Positions 21,287 through 31,772 of a stretch of DNA of 64,000 bases are shown piece by piece; within the stretch, counting starts at the first letter, position 1, and every line of letters begins with the position of its first letter. The notes under the pieces are model-generated. The model was not told the origin of the DNA and did no database searches. It was given only the letters and a program-made list of their open reading frames with translations. This stretch comes from Kiritimatiellia bacterium (GTDB taxonomy: Bacteria > Verrucomicrobiota > Kiritimatiellia > RFP12 > UBA1067): positions 13,588 to 77,587 of the forward strand of contig JAWOEI010000081.1 of NCBI GenBank assembly GCA_046482825.1, read 5' to 3'. The position numbers and the translations under genes were made by a program.

Positions 21287-22963
21287 ATGAAAATAGCTAT
21301 TGGATGTGATCATGGCGGATTAGCCATTAAAAATGCGGCGGAATCGTACATAAAATCAGCCGGGCACGATGTCATAAATCTGGGCACCGACAAGTCTCAG
21401 TCCACAGACTATCCGCAATATGCAATCAAAGCATCTCAACTCGTTATATCACGTGAAGCTGATCTTGCTGTTCTTGTATGCACAACCGGAATTGGTATGA
21501 GCATAACGGCAAACCGGTTTTCCGGAATAAGAGCAGCCCTGTGCAACAGTGAAGAAGATGCAAGTATGACAAAAGCCCATAACAACGCCAATGTGCTGGT
21601 GCTTCCCGGGAAACTGACCAGAGAAAAAGCCTGCGCAATTGTCAGATCATTCCTTGAAACACCTTTCAGCGGAGAAGAACGGCATATGCGCCGGGTTTGT
21701 CAGCTGGAACGGGCGGAGCGCGTGGCGGAAACATCACACTTAGCCATGGCTGATCCTGAAATCAACGCCACTGTGCTGGGGCAGATTGATCAGGAGAATT
21801 CAACCATCAATCTAATCGCCTCCGAAAACACCGTTACACGCGCAGTTCGTGAGGCCTCCGGCAGCGTACTGACCAATAAGTATGCCGAAGGTTATCCGGG
21901 AAAACGCTGGTACAGCGGATGTACCCCTGTTGACACAGCGGAAACTCTGGCAATTAAACGGGCCGTAAATCTCTTCGGAGCAGAGCATGCAAACGTTCAG
22001 CCTCACTGCGGAAGCGCAGCCAATATGGGCGTCTATTTTTCAGTACTGGAACCCGGCGACAGAATACTCTCTATGAGTCTCGACCAGGGAGGACACCTGA
22101 CTCACGGCAGCCCGGTCAACTTTTCCGGCAGGCTTTTTGAAATTATTCCCTACTGCGTTTCCAAAGAAACTGAAGTTCTTGACTACGATGAGCTTATGGA
22201 TATGGCTGTAGAGAACAAACCTAAACTGATTGTGGCGGGAGCCAGCGCATACCCGCGCATACTTGATTTTTCGAAATTCAGGGAGATAGCCGATGCCTGC
22301 GGTGCCATGCTGATGGTGGATATGGCTCACATCGCCGGTCTTGTCGCAGGAGGTGTACACCCCAGTCCGGTTCCCTTTGCTGATTTCGTAACCACAACAA
22401 CTCACAAAACCCTGCGCGGTCCTCGCGGCGGACTGATCCTCTGTAAAGATAAATACGCCAAAGCTGTAGATAAAACAATATTCCCCGGCCTTCAGGGAGG
22501 ACCGCTTGAAAATATCATTGCGGCCAAGGCAGTCTGTTTTAAAGAGGCATCTGAGCCTGATTTTAAGGATTATGCCGCCCGGATTATCGCCAACAGTAAA
22601 ACACTCACGGCAACTCTGATCAAAAGGGGGCTTAACATTGTATCCGGCGGAACAGACAACCATCTGTCTCTTGTAAATGTAGGCGCCAGCGGACTGACAG
22701 GAAAAGCCGCCGCCGCCGCCCTCGACGCAGCTGGCATCATCTGCAATAAGAATACAATTCCTTTCGATGAAAAAAGCCCCTTTGTAACATCCGGCATACG
22801 CATCGGAACTCCGTCGGTGACAACCCGCGGCATGGGTGAAGCAGAAATGAAAATCATCGGTAACTGGATTGCCGATATTCTCAGCGATATCGAAAATGTC
22901 AGTCTCCAGAACAGGATTTGCGGAGAAGTTGCCGAACTGACCGCTATGTTTCCCGTTCCTTGA
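21287..22963 (+). CDS. rpiB-glyA: Fusion protein: ribose-5-phosphate isomerase B (RpiB/LacAB family) at the N-terminus and serine hydroxymethyltransferase at the C-terminus.
   Basis: Residues 1-~150 are RpiB ([11 protein letters not shown]...GEERHMRRV). The remainder is SHMT (ASENT...[17 protein letters not shown]-lysine motif). It is a single uninterrupted frame. Confidence 0.85.
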   Translation: MKIAIGCDHGGLAIKNAAESYIKSAGHDVINLGTDKSQSTDYPQYAIKASQLVISREADLAVLVCTTGIGMSITANRFSGIRAALCNSEEDASMTKAHNNANVLVLPGKLTREKACAIVRSFLETPFSGEERHMRRVCQLERAERVAETSHLAMADPEINATVLGQIDQENSTINLIASENTVTRAVREASGSVLTNKYAEGYPGKRWYSGCTPVDTAETLAIKRAVNLFGAEHANVQPHCGSAANMGVYFSVLEPGDRILSMSLDQGGHLTHGSPVNFSGRLFEIIPYCVSKETEVLDYDELMDMAVENKPKLIVAGASAYPRILDFSKFREIADACGAMLMVDMAHIAGLVAGGVHPSPVPFADFVTTTTHKTLRGPRGGLILCKDKYAKAVDKTIFPGLQGGPLENIIAAKAVCFKEASEPDFKDYAARIIANSKTLTATLIKRGLNIVSGGTDNHLSLVNVGASGLTGKAAAAALDAAGIICNKNTIPFDEKSPFVTSGIRIGTPSVTTRGMGEAEMKIIGNWIADILSDIENVSLQNRICGEVAELTAMFPVP

Positions 22964-22982
22964 GTTGCCTGAATCATAAATT

Positions 22983-23444
22983 ATGGAAACCGGGGAATTC
23001 AATATCCCTCATTTACTTAAAATGACAGAACCGAAAACGGTATATCTGAGCGGACCTATCATGGATGAACATCCTGACGAAGCCAAAACCTGGCGTCAAC
23101 GCGCCACGGAATACCTTCAGCAGGATTTTATCATCCTTGATCCTATGCGCCGTAATTTTAAAGACAGGGAAGTCGACAGCGCCAACGAAATTGTAGAATT
23201 TGACCTTCAGGATGTGCGTGATGCCGATATTCTGCTGGTAAACTACAACAAAAACTCCATCGGCACATCCATGGAAGTTTTTTTCGCTGCACACGATCTC
23301 GGTAAATTTGTGGTCGCTTTCTCGCCGTTCCCCTTTAAAGAATGCTCACCATGGATGGTACGCTACTGCACCAAAATACTTCCCTCCTTCGAAAAAGCAG
23401 TTAAGTATATACAGAAAAATTTTGCCACAAAACATATACGGTAA
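22983..23444 (+). CDS. Protein resembling nucleoside 2-deoxyribosyltransferase.
   Basis: VYLSGPI N-terminal motif and a conserved Glu in the SMEVFFAAHDLGKFVV block, characteristic of the NDT / Rcl-like fold. Confidence 0.55.
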   Translation: METGEFNIPHLLKMTEPKTVYLSGPIMDEHPDEAKTWRQRATEYLQQDFIILDPMRRNFKDREVDSANEIVEFDLQDVRDADILLVNYNKNSIGTSMEVFFAAHDLGKFVVAFSPFPFKECSPWMVRYCTKILPSFEKAVKYIQKNFATKHIR

Positions 23445-23540
23445 TGCAGATACGCTAAACCCGGCAACCCCCTGCCTGCATGAATGCGGGACAACGGCGA
23501 CCGGTTGAAATCCAGCGACTTCAAGCCCCCCGCCGACACC

Positions 23541-24173
23541 CTAAATCCGTCTGAATGAAAGAGTAAGCCTTCCGTTCGATTCGCCTTTTTTGAGAAGTAC
23601 TTTACGTATCACTTTTGTTTTACGATTAACGGTTCTGCGCGAACGCTTGATCACATCCAGAGGCGCCTGCAGGTCAACGGTCCGCACCAACTCCCCCTGG
23701 GAAGGAATATCACCCGCAGAAACATCCAGAAAACCGGATGCAATCACATCAGTCTCAGGAATTTTTTTAATCTTTTTCGCAATATAATCAACCGGAGCCG
23801 CCGCCACGGAACCGCAGGGAACCGTGTCCTCCAGCACATCGGACCCTAACGATAAAGCCGCTCCTGCCATGACACGGAGTATTTGCTCAAGAGCCTCGTT
23901 TTTCATCGGTTCTGTTATATCAACTCTGAGGCCGAAGGTGGATTCGACATTTTCCTTGAAAAGAATTGTTTTGTTCCAGCTCTCTTTTCTGAGATCGCAT
24001 TGCCCCGAAATCAACTCGAGTTTGAAAGCACTGTTGCGTAAAGCGATTCCGGCCCGCGGCCAGATAAGCGATACCTGTGCCATGTGGGCACTATCCTTCT
24101 TCCGGCCAGCCAGCGTTTTTCCAAGTCGGCAGCTGACTACCGACACTTCTATTGTCACCAATTTTCTAGCCAT
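23541..24173 (-). CDS. Hypothetical protein with weak resemblance to the ribosomal protein L25 / general stress protein Ctc family.
   Basis: Blocks VDITEPMKNE and IPETDV...DVSAGDI resemble the Ctc central and C-domain motifs. The N-terminus fits poorly, so identity is uncertain. Confidence 0.3.
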   Translation of the reverse strand: MARKLVTIEVSVVSCRLGKTLAGRKKDSAHMAQVSLIWPRAGIALRNSAFKLELISGQCDLRKESWNKTILFKENVESTFGLRVDITEPMKNEALEQILRVMAGAALSLGSDVLEDTVPCGSVAAAPVDYIAKKIKKIPETDVIASGFLDVSAGDIPSQGELVRTVDLQAPLDVIKRSRRTVNRKTKVIRKVLLKKGESNGRLTLSFRRI

Positions 24174-24184
24174 AAAATCCCCTT

Positions 24185-26029
24185 TTATTCGATTGATTCC
24201 AGAGTAAGGGTGTCAGCAAATGTCACCAGACGTTTTTCACTTATAGCAAATACGGTCTGAGAACCGCGAACCATCACATAACGTATTCCCCCGCCGGCGG
24301 AACGCCCTACAAGTATCGTTTTTCTCACAGCATCGTCCATATTGACATCAACGTTGATTTCCAGCCACGGTCTGGAAAAACCGTAATAAATCAAATCATC
24401 AGACGACAATCCGATTTTGACCACTTCATCCGCACGGAAATTCTGCAGACTGTCCAGAACATCATTAAGCACCTCGGGGTTAAGCCTTCCGGCATTAACA
24501 CCTTTAGCTGAAAGGTGCCAGTTCTGATCTTCCTCCATATAATCAATACTAAGTGCAGGTTCACCGGATTTTCGTATTGTTATACTCCTGATGGAATCCG
24601 TTGACAGTGAAAGCAAGGTTCTATCTCTTAGTTTAAGCAACGCATCCCGGTCAACCAGCACAGCAGGCATATTAGACCCCGCAACATAATAGACTTCAGG
24701 CTCATCTGCAAATGAAAATTCGTACATCCGTCCTTCATAATCCGTTTTTTTAACCGCAACCATTTCAACCGCAGAATGCGATGAAAACTCAATATAATTT
24801 ACCTCAACTCCCTGAGCACCGGATTCATCCTGCTGAACACGTGTTTCTATGCGATCCGCTTTAAGCGCCAGAAGTTGATCAACTGATCGCTGAACCCGCT
24901 GCTGATCAGCCGGTTCCGAAGCCGGAGAAGCAATACGCCATAAATCATTTGTCCGATTCAGAACAAATATATCCCGGCCTATCATCAATTGAAGACTGTT
25001 CAGAGGATCAGTCAGCTCGTAAAATATTTTTTTACTGCGAAAGAAATCAGAATTGACATTCACCACATCAGTAATATTGTTGGAAACAACTCCTATCGCA
25101 CGACCATCGTCCATCAGAACATAAACAGATTCACCGATTTTCTCTGTATTATGCCCGATAACGATTTCCGAGTCAAAGCTGCCATCAATTGTATGAACGC
25201 GAATGGATGTGCCCACATCCTCTTCAAGACCGTAAAGAGCCTTCCTGATCTCCAGTGCTTTCTCATAATCAGCTACGTCCATAACATTATCGAGTGTCGG
25301 CCATACAAATTTAGAAATCCTTACATCAAACAAACTGTCAAGAAATTCGCCAACCTTTTCGAAAGAAGCCTTTGATTTAACCGGTTCCTCAATAGTCCAG
25401 ACGCCCTTTTCAAAAACCAGTCTTAAGAATGGATGCTCCGGGCGGCGGATATCAACAGAATTTATCAGTGCCGGATCACAGTTCACCAGTCGGTGTGATC
25501 TCAACATATTTGCATTCTCAGGAATAACATTGAACACATCGCTTGAAACCACAAACAATCGGTCTCCATTGTTTTTACGAACATATATATCTTTCCCGCC
25601 CGTGCTAAAACTTCCGAAAAGGAAGGAGATCTTTTTTTTATCTGTATGAAAGACCACGCGGGCTCTCGCAGGATAAAAACCATAGTCTGCAATTGAAAGA
25701 TCTCTCTTCTTTATCTCGTCAATATCAAAGCGGTCTTTTATGTCCGTACCGTCAAACCCGTTGATCAGACGAGCCATTACGGCCTGATCTACACCGGAGT
25801 CTATCGGAGCCAGCATGCGCCAGCGTGAACCATCACGCCTGACCTCAATCCTTCTGCCGCTCCGTTCAATTACAACAGTATGAACATCATCAAAAATATC
25901 TTTGCCCAGAAAAGAAAACTGCTGATCGGGAAACACCAGAAATCGGCGTCTGTTACGTCCTGCAACAAGAATTATCAGACAAAACAATATGCCGGTGAGA
26001 AAAAAGACAATAATTCGTTTGTTTCCCAT
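24185..26029 (-). CDS. DUF4340-type protein, the periplasmic partner of GldG-like ABC systems.
   Basis: N-terminal TM, 614 aa, positioned immediately downstream of the gldG-like gene in the same operon. Confidence 0.5.
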   Translation of the reverse strand: MGNKRIIVFFLTGILFCLIILVAGRNRRRFLVFPDQQFSFLGKDIFDDVHTVVIERSGRRIEVRRDGSRWRMLAPIDSGVDQAVMARLINGFDGTDIKDRFDIDEIKKRDLSIADYGFYPARARVVFHTDKKKISFLFGSFSTGGKDIYVRKNNGDRLFVVSSDVFNVIPENANMLRSHRLVNCDPALINSVDIRRPEHPFLRLVFEKGVWTIEEPVKSKASFEKVGEFLDSLFDVRISKFVWPTLDNVMDVADYEKALEIRKALYGLEEDVGTSIRVHTIDGSFDSEIVIGHNTEKIGESVYVLMDDGRAIGVVSNNITDVVNVNSDFFRSKKIFYELTDPLNSLQLMIGRDIFVLNRTNDLWRIASPASEPADQQRVQRSVDQLLALKADRIETRVQQDESGAQGVEVNYIEFSSHSAVEMVAVKKTDYEGRMYEFSFADEPEVYYVAGSNMPAVLVDRDALLKLRDRTLLSLSTDSIRSITIRKSGEPALSIDYMEEDQNWHLSAKGVNAGRLNPEVLNDVLDSLQNFRADEVVKIGLSSDDLIYYGFSRPWLEINVDVNMDDAVRKTILVGRSAGGGIRYVMVRGSQTVFAISEKRLVTFADTLTLESIE

Positions 26030-26038
26030 ATCGAACTC

Positions 26039-27505
26039 TCAGCGTCCTTTCCGGAATGAAATAATACGGAACAGCAACAGAACAGAAACCGGTATAATAA
26101 AAACAGACCACATCATAGATAGAACCCAGTCGGAACGATCAAACCCGGTCGCCAATGTAGCATCACCCCCGACAGACGAGGAACTGCCCATGCTCACACC
26201 GGCCAGCCAGCCGACAGCATTCATAAAAAAATCGCGGTTGGCATTGGCCCTGCCCGATAAAACGCGGTTCATCACAAAATCAACATCACCGAAAACACAG
26301 ATGCGCGTTGGTTTATAGCCGACATCCCTTGAGACAAGCCCACCCCGCTCCGATACCGCGGCAACTGTGACCGGTCCGGCAATATCAGTTGCAGGATTAT
26401 ACCGCCTGGGAAAAACCTCCGGATGCCTTTCACCCCAGGCTGATTCATCACTTTCAGCCAGCTTCATGCTTCGTGCTATATCCACACTTTCATCCGCTCC
26501 CGAGAGATCAAGAACTCTCAGACAAGTTGCAAACCCGAACACCACTGAGGAATTTTCAAGATCTCGCGTTACAGGATGATCCGAAAAATCCGAGATAACA
26601 ATATCATTACCCGTTAAAGTCCTAGGGCTTACCGCTGTAAACTCTGTAACTTCGATTCCCCACTCTTTCAGGAGATCCTCGCAGCCGCTGACCACCCCCG
26701 AAACCGCCATAAACAGAAGGGAACCGCCACGCTCAAGATAGCGCTCTATAATTTTCACCTCAACAGAGGATAATTCTCTGCGTGCACCCGCAATCACAAG
26801 AACACCGCAATCCACAGGAATTTCACGTAAGCCGGCCAGAGAAAGTGATTCAAGCTGAAAACCGTCACGCTTTAAATCATGAGCAATAGCGGAAAAACCG
26901 CGAAATTCGTCATAATCATCAAAACGCGCCTCGGAATGCCCTTCCAGCCAGCAGATTTTAAGTTGTTTATGCGGAAGAGCAAGTCGTGATATGGCTGAAG
27001 CGCATACCCGTTCCCCACGAAACACGGGCTTGCCACTATCCGAATTACCGGAAAACACCTCTTCCAGGGGAATCATTATTCTACGCCGCTGATATTCAAA
27101 TTCCAGCGAATTTTTGGGAACTCCTCTGGCTATTAACCGGGACGAACGGGTTATGTCCCAGCGAGGATCAACGTATTCAACATCGATCTCGGCACCGGCC
27201 ACCCCGCGCGATGCCGCTGAGAGCCCGCGCAGGAGCCTGGCTACAGGTCTGGCCATAGGACTGCGTCTGTCCATAAAAGAAGTTATTCTTATCCGCCCCT
27301 GTGTATCTGCCAGAACATCACGGGTCCGCTTTGAAACCACCCGCACCCCGCCAACCGGGATTTCCCACGAAAAATTAAACCAGAAACCGATTATAACAAC
27401 AAGAAAGCAGAAAACCGCCCCCAGCAATACAGCAAGCAGCGATGTCAGCCGCAACAACCTGCGCCTCGGCACTTTTCTATTCTGTCTGTTAGTTATTTGC
27501 TTCAA
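26039..27505 (-). CDS. gldG: GldG-family ABC-transporter auxiliary protein.
   Basis: N- and C-terminal TM anchors with a large periplasmic domain, in an operon after an ABC-2 permease and ATPase. Confidence 0.6.
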   Translation of the reverse strand: MKQITNRQNRKVPRRRLLRLTSLLAVLLGAVFCFLVVIIGFWFNFSWEIPVGGVRVVSKRTRDVLADTQGRIRITSFMDRRSPMARPVARLLRGLSAASRGVAGAEIDVEYVDPRWDITRSSRLIARGVPKNSLEFEYQRRRIMIPLEEVFSGNSDSGKPVFRGERVCASAISRLALPHKQLKICWLEGHSEARFDDYDEFRGFSAIAHDLKRDGFQLESLSLAGLREIPVDCGVLVIAGARRELSSVEVKIIERYLERGGSLLFMAVSGVVSGCEDLLKEWGIEVTEFTAVSPRTLTGNDIVISDFSDHPVTRDLENSSVVFGFATCLRVLDLSGADESVDIARSMKLAESDESAWGERHPEVFPRRYNPATDIAGPVTVAAVSERGGLVSRDVGYKPTRICVFGDVDFVMNRVLSGRANANRDFFMNAVGWLAGVSMGSSSSVGGDATLATGFDRSDWVLSMMWSVFIIPVSVLLLFRIISFRKGR

Positions 27506-27530
27506 ATCTCTGACTCCTGATTACGGATTA

Positions 27531-28274
27531 CTACCCCTTCAATCTCAGAAGCGCCAGCATTTTGGAGCAGGCAAAAAGGAAGAAAACCGACAATACACCG
27601 TAAAAAATCAAAACGCCTGTTGAAACAAGTCCGGTAGAAAAATCAACAACATGTTCCAGCAGAGGCATCCAGGAAAACTCCGTACGCACAGAAGGTATCC
27701 AGGCCAGAATTCCGAAGTAAACCGCTATAGGCATGCCGCTGCACAGTATGAGAGAAGTCACAGCGGCTTCCACCTGATTCCTGTACATAACGGATATCAT
27801 GGTCCCCGCCGCACACCATGTGCAGGCCTGCAGAAGAAGTATGCCGAATGTAACCGCAAAGGCTGCTGGCTGAATACTTTCAGCAAGAGAAGCCGACATC
27901 CGGGGCAGAACAAAAACAGGGAAAACAACGGAATATACCAGAGCAAGAAAAACGTGGGAAAGTGCTGAAAGGAACTTGCCGACAACCAGATCCCTCTCCC
28001 GCACAGGAGCAGCCATCATCAGCTCTGTCATCCCGCTGGCACGGTCCAGCGCAAAAAGTCGCATTGTCAGCAGCGAACAGAGTATGGGCAGCCACGCGGC
28101 AACCGCACACCCCCATATAGTCTGCAACTGCATAATGCCGCCTTCACTTTTACGCAGCAGCATAACAAAAGACCAACCCGTTACAGCTACGAATGCGGCA
28201 ACAGGAACACCGCTGTAAAAAGATCCGTGAAAAGCGCGCACCTCTCTGATCCAGGTTTGCTGCAGAGCTTTCAT
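27531..28274 (-). CDS. ABC-2 type transporter permease (GldF-like).
   Basis: 247 aa with six TM segments. Its start overlaps the stop of the ATPase gene. Confidence 0.7.
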   Translation of the reverse strand: MKALQQTWIREVRAFHGSFYSGVPVAAFVAVTGWSFVMLLRKSEGGIMQLQTIWGCAVAAWLPILCSLLTMRLFALDRASGMTELMMAAPVRERDLVVGKFLSALSHVFLALVYSVVFPVFVLPRMSASLAESIQPAAFAVTFGILLLQACTWCAAGTMISVMYRNQVEAAVTSLILCSGMPIAVYFGILAWIPSVRTEFSWMPLLEHVVDFSTGLVSTGVLIFYGVLSVFFLFACSKMLALLRLKG

Positions 28275-29005
28275 CAGGCATCTCCTCCATCATCTGAAGC
28301 AATATTTACATCAAGACGTTCCTTCAATTCAGCACGCTCATATTCTGCAGCACGCAGAATTGTTTTCAGTTCTCCATGTTTTAAAACTATAAAACGGGTA
28401 CACCATTCCAGCATCTCGTTGATTTCATGACCTGCGAGAATAATTGAAGCATGAGCCGAAAAACTTGTCAATACGGAGCCTATCCTTTTGCGTTGCATCT
28501 GATCCAGACCTGCAAGCGGCTCATCCAGCAGTAACAGTCTCGGGTGCTGCATCAGTGCATCGGCCAGCCCCACACGCTTCCTGTAGCCCTGCGACAAAGT
28601 TTTTATCAGACTCCCGGCAGCATCTTTCAGTTCACAAAGCTCTAATGCCCCGTTTAAACGCCTGCGCTGTCGCAAATTGCGTTCCCCTCGCAACCTGAGT
28701 CGATACAGCAGGTACTCATCCACCCTCATCTCTTCATACACAGGGCATTTCTCCGGAAGATACCCTATCCGCTTCCGGTATCTGACCGGTCTTGACAAAG
28801 GATCAACACCATCCAGTGAAATATTCCCGGAATCCTGCATCAGCACAAAAGACAAAATCCGCATAAGAGTTGTTTTTCCTGCCCCGTTGGCCCCGACAAT
28901 TGCCGTTATATCTCCAGGAGCAGCATCAAAGCTTATATCCTTCAACACTTTTTTCCTTCCATAAGAAAAAGATATATGATCTACATACAGCATAGGCAGT
29001 TTCAA
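28274..29005 (-). CDS. ABC transporter ATP-binding protein.
   Basis: Walker A GANGAGKTT, ABC signature LSQGYRKR and Walker B LLLDEP. Confidence 0.9.
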   Translation of the reverse strand: MKLPMLYVDHISFSYGRKKVLKDISFDAAPGDITAIVGANGAGKTTLMRILSFVLMQDSGNISLDGVDPLSRPVRYRKRIGYLPEKCPVYEEMRVDEYLLYRLRLRGERNLRQRRRLNGALELCELKDAAGSLIKTLSQGYRKRVGLADALMQHPRLLLLDEPLAGLDQMQRKRIGSVLTSFSAHASIILAGHEINEMLEWCTRFIVLKHGELKTILRAAEYERAELKERLDVNIASDDGGDA

Positions 29006-29053
29006 ATTGTTTAATACGGTTTGCCCTCCCGGGCAAACCAGAGAAATATCACC

Positions 29054-30400
29054 CTATGAAACGAATTCTTTCAGGACGTTTTCAACATGGGCTTTGCGTT
29101 CTTCCAGCTCTGCCTTATCTGTAGCTTCAATGATAAGTCTCAGATAAGGCTCCGTGTTTGATTTCCGGATATTCAGCCACCAGGAAGCAAATTCCACGCG
29201 ATACCCGTCAAAATCATACATAGCCACAGGATCACCGAATACTTTCAACGCTTCCACAACAGCCCGCATCGCCTCATCCTTATTGTCCACCTTGAAATTC
29301 ATCTCTCCTGAACCGGCATATTTACTGACAGGAATAATCATCTGACTAAATGACCCGCCTTTTCGTTTAGCGGCGGCAATCTCACCGAGGATGATCAATG
29401 CGGCAAGCTCTCCGGAATCACAGCAGTAAAAATCCCGCAGATAATAGTGTCCGGCAAGTTCTCCGCCGCAAACGGCACCGCTCTCTCTCAGCAGAACTTT
29501 GGCATAGGCATGTCCGACCCTGCCCATGATTGTTTCAGCTCCCTGATTTCTCAGCCTTTCTATGACACCGCGAGATGTCCGGATGTCATGCATGATTTTA
29601 CAATCCGGCTCATCCCTGAGATATTTACCGGCCAGAACAGCTATTAGATAATCAGGCTGAACAAAATCACCATGCTCATCCACGAACATAACGCGATCGG
29701 CATCACCGTCAAATATAACACCGACATCAAGTTTTTTCGCTCGCACCAACCGCATCAGCTGTTCGCAATTTTTCTCCTCCAGCGGATTGGGAGCATGAGC
29801 CGGAAAAGAACCATCTATAACATCATTTATATACAGCGGCGAAGACCCCAGCAAATCACGTATCACCAGCGCAGCCATCCCGTTTGAACAATCGACTCCA
29901 ATTTTAAGTCCGGAAATATCCGGCCTTTTCCTGCGCATATCTTCAATAAATTCATCCAGGAAATCCACTGGACATATACTCCCGGGATTATCCGCTTTCG
30001 GGGGCAGCTCACCGGAAAGCACACGCTTTTCCACTTCCCTGAGACCGCTCTCATACCCAACGGGCAGAGCCCCGGTTCCGGAAACCTTCATCCCGTTATA
30101 CTGTTTCGGATTATGTGATGCGGTAATCTGCACTGATCCGCTGTACTCTTTCTTGGCGGTAAAATAATAAACCATAGGAGTGGTTGCCAATCCCATATTG
30201 TCCACATTACAGCCCGATTCAGTAATTCCCTGTGCAAGAGCATCAAAAATGTTGTCCGATGAGGTGCGTGCATCCCGTCCAACCAGAATTCTTCCGGATT
30301 CCAGAATATACGGAAGCCAGCGACCGACAGCATATACAGTATCAAGTGTGAAATCCTTCCGGAATATTCCACGCATATCGTAAGCTTTAAAAAATGACAT
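29054..30400 (-). CDS. Phosphomannomutase / phosphoglucomutase (alpha-D-phosphohexomutase family).
   Basis: Active-site motif TASHNP, a Mg-binding DGDADR loop and a sugar-binding GGE loop. 448 aa. Confidence 0.85.
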   Translation of the reverse strand: MSFFKAYDMRGIFRKDFTLDTVYAVGRWLPYILESGRILVGRDARTSSDNIFDALAQGITESGCNVDNMGLATTPMVYYFTAKKEYSGSVQITASHNPKQYNGMKVSGTGALPVGYESGLREVEKRVLSGELPPKADNPGSICPVDFLDEFIEDMRRKRPDISGLKIGVDCSNGMAALVIRDLLGSSPLYINDVIDGSFPAHAPNPLEEKNCEQLMRLVRAKKLDVGVIFDGDADRVMFVDEHGDFVQPDYLIAVLAGKYLRDEPDCKIMHDIRTSRGVIERLRNQGAETIMGRVGHAYAKVLLRESGAVCGGELAGHYYLRDFYCCDSGELAALIILGEIAAAKRKGGSFSQMIIPVSKYAGSGEMNFKVDNKDEAMRAVVEALKVFGDPVAMYDFDGYRVEFASWWLNIRKSNTEPYLRLIIEATDKAELEERKAHVENVLKEFVS

Positions 30401-30422
30401 AGTTTGACTCAGAATTACTTAA

Positions 30423-30848
30423 TCACTGAATAACAACCAACGATATCCCCGCATGTGCACCCTTTGGCTTCATGCTTTTCAGCCATGGAGGCATATTCGT
30501 CGATCCTCCGGCATATGTGTTGGTTGTAGTTATATCAGAAGAAACCGATGAGAGACTTTCCATAACTTCACGCACCCGCTTCGTTCGACTGCGATTCATC
30601 TGAAAAGATGTCGAGAACGCCCCTAATATCCCCCCTGTCAACAGACATATAATAGAAATAAAAACCATAGAGGAAATCGCAATCACCTGTTTGCCGTTAC
30701 CGTCAATGCGAAAACTTTTTTCGGTTTCAGTGCGTTCCCGTGCAGCTTCCAGACGTTCGCGCTCAAGCAGCATACGCTCACGCTCAAGCTTGAGCTTTTC
30801 CTGCTCAAGCATCATTTCAGTACGGGACAATGTTTCTTCTTCACTCAT
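30423..30848 (-). CDS. Hypothetical small coiled-coil protein with a single TM.
   Basis: N-terminal Glu/Leu/Arg-rich coiled coil (LEQEKLKLERERMLLERERLEAARE) followed by a TM helix. Confidence 0.45.
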   Translation of the reverse strand: MSEEETLSRTEMMLEQEKLKLERERMLLERERLEAARERTETEKSFRIDGNGKQVIAISSMVFISIICLLTGGILGAFSTSFQMNRSRTKRVREVMESLSSVSSDITTTNTYAGGSTNMPPWLKSMKPKGAHAGISLVVIQ

Positions 30849-30989
30849 AACAGATCTCCAACCTCATATTATAGTGCAATCCCGCTTCTCTCTAAACCAA
30901 AAAATTTTATTCTTCTCCGGGTAATATATTAGCGCTTGAACGCAACTCCCCGCCGCACACATAGCAACTGGCTGCCGGACGCAGCTTAT

Positions 30990-31772
30990 TTATGCGTAAG
31001 TATGCATTCCCTTGAAAATCCGTGACAGATTTATCCAGGTCAGAGTAAGAATAATAAAGAGCAATCCTATCCATAAAAGGATGGCAAGCAGTTTAGGTTT
31101 TTTCAGTCCCAGTTTCAGACGCAGGTGAAAATATGTGCCGTATATCAGCCATGTCGCCAATGACCACGATTCTTTAGGGTCCCACTGCCAGTAATGTCCC
31201 CAGCATATTTTACCCCACAAGGAACCGAGAATTAAACCGACAGATATCAGCAGAAAACCGGCTGTCACTGTCTGACGTGATGCCGCATCAGCACGCAAAA
31301 GGCGATCCCGGTCAAGACTGCAGAACATAGGCAGAGCCATTAAAGCGGCACGTGCCATCATGATATAACCGGCTACATAACTTGCCACATGTGGAACAAA
31401 AAGAGAACTCTGCAAAGCAGGGGGCAGTCGGCGCACCGCTTCATCCAGAACAAAACCGGCCGGTATGAGAATAACTATCCCCAGCAGAGCATCCTGCAAC
31501 ATGGTATCAAGTCCGTTCTTCCAGCGGCTGAACTGTGAAAGGGGCCATAGAAATGCAGCCATGCAGAGGAAGAATTCAAAGAGATTCTGCATAGGCGGAT
31601 GGCCGACATGTATGCCGCGCCAGACCAGAGAGACAACAGCCACAACAAAACCGCCTCCCCAGAAAGCGCGGGCGAGCTCATGTTTTTTCAGACAGCGGGC
31701 ACAGAGTGTTGCCGCAAAAAATAATGCTGTGAGGTATATCAACCCGCCTTGAAGAGTGAATTTAATCGACAT
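30990..31772 (-). CDS. ccsA: Cytochrome c-type biogenesis protein CcsA (system II heme-handling protein).
   Basis: Tryptophan-rich WWD motif (WGHYWQWDPKESW) with conserved His residues. 260 aa, polytopic. Confidence 0.8.
   Translation of the reverse strand: MSIKFTLQGGLIYLTALFFAATLCARCLKKHELARAFWGGGFVVAVVSLVWRGIHVGHPPMQNLFEFFLCMAAFLWPLSQFSRWKNGLDTMLQDALLGIVILIPAGFVLDEAVRRLPPALQSSLFVPHVASYVAGYIMMARAALMALPMFCSLDRDRLLRADAASRQTVTAGFLLISVGLILGSLWGKICWGHYWQWDPKESWSLATWLIYGTYFHLRLKLGLKKPKLLAILLWIGLLFIILTLTWINLSRIFKGMHTYA

Noticed and set aside
22040-23002. 320-aa minus-strand ORF antisense to the glyA portion of the fusion gene.
   Set aside because: It overlaps a conserved SHMT coding region and its composition is low-complexity Gly/Cys-rich, so it is an artefact of GC-rich codon position 3.
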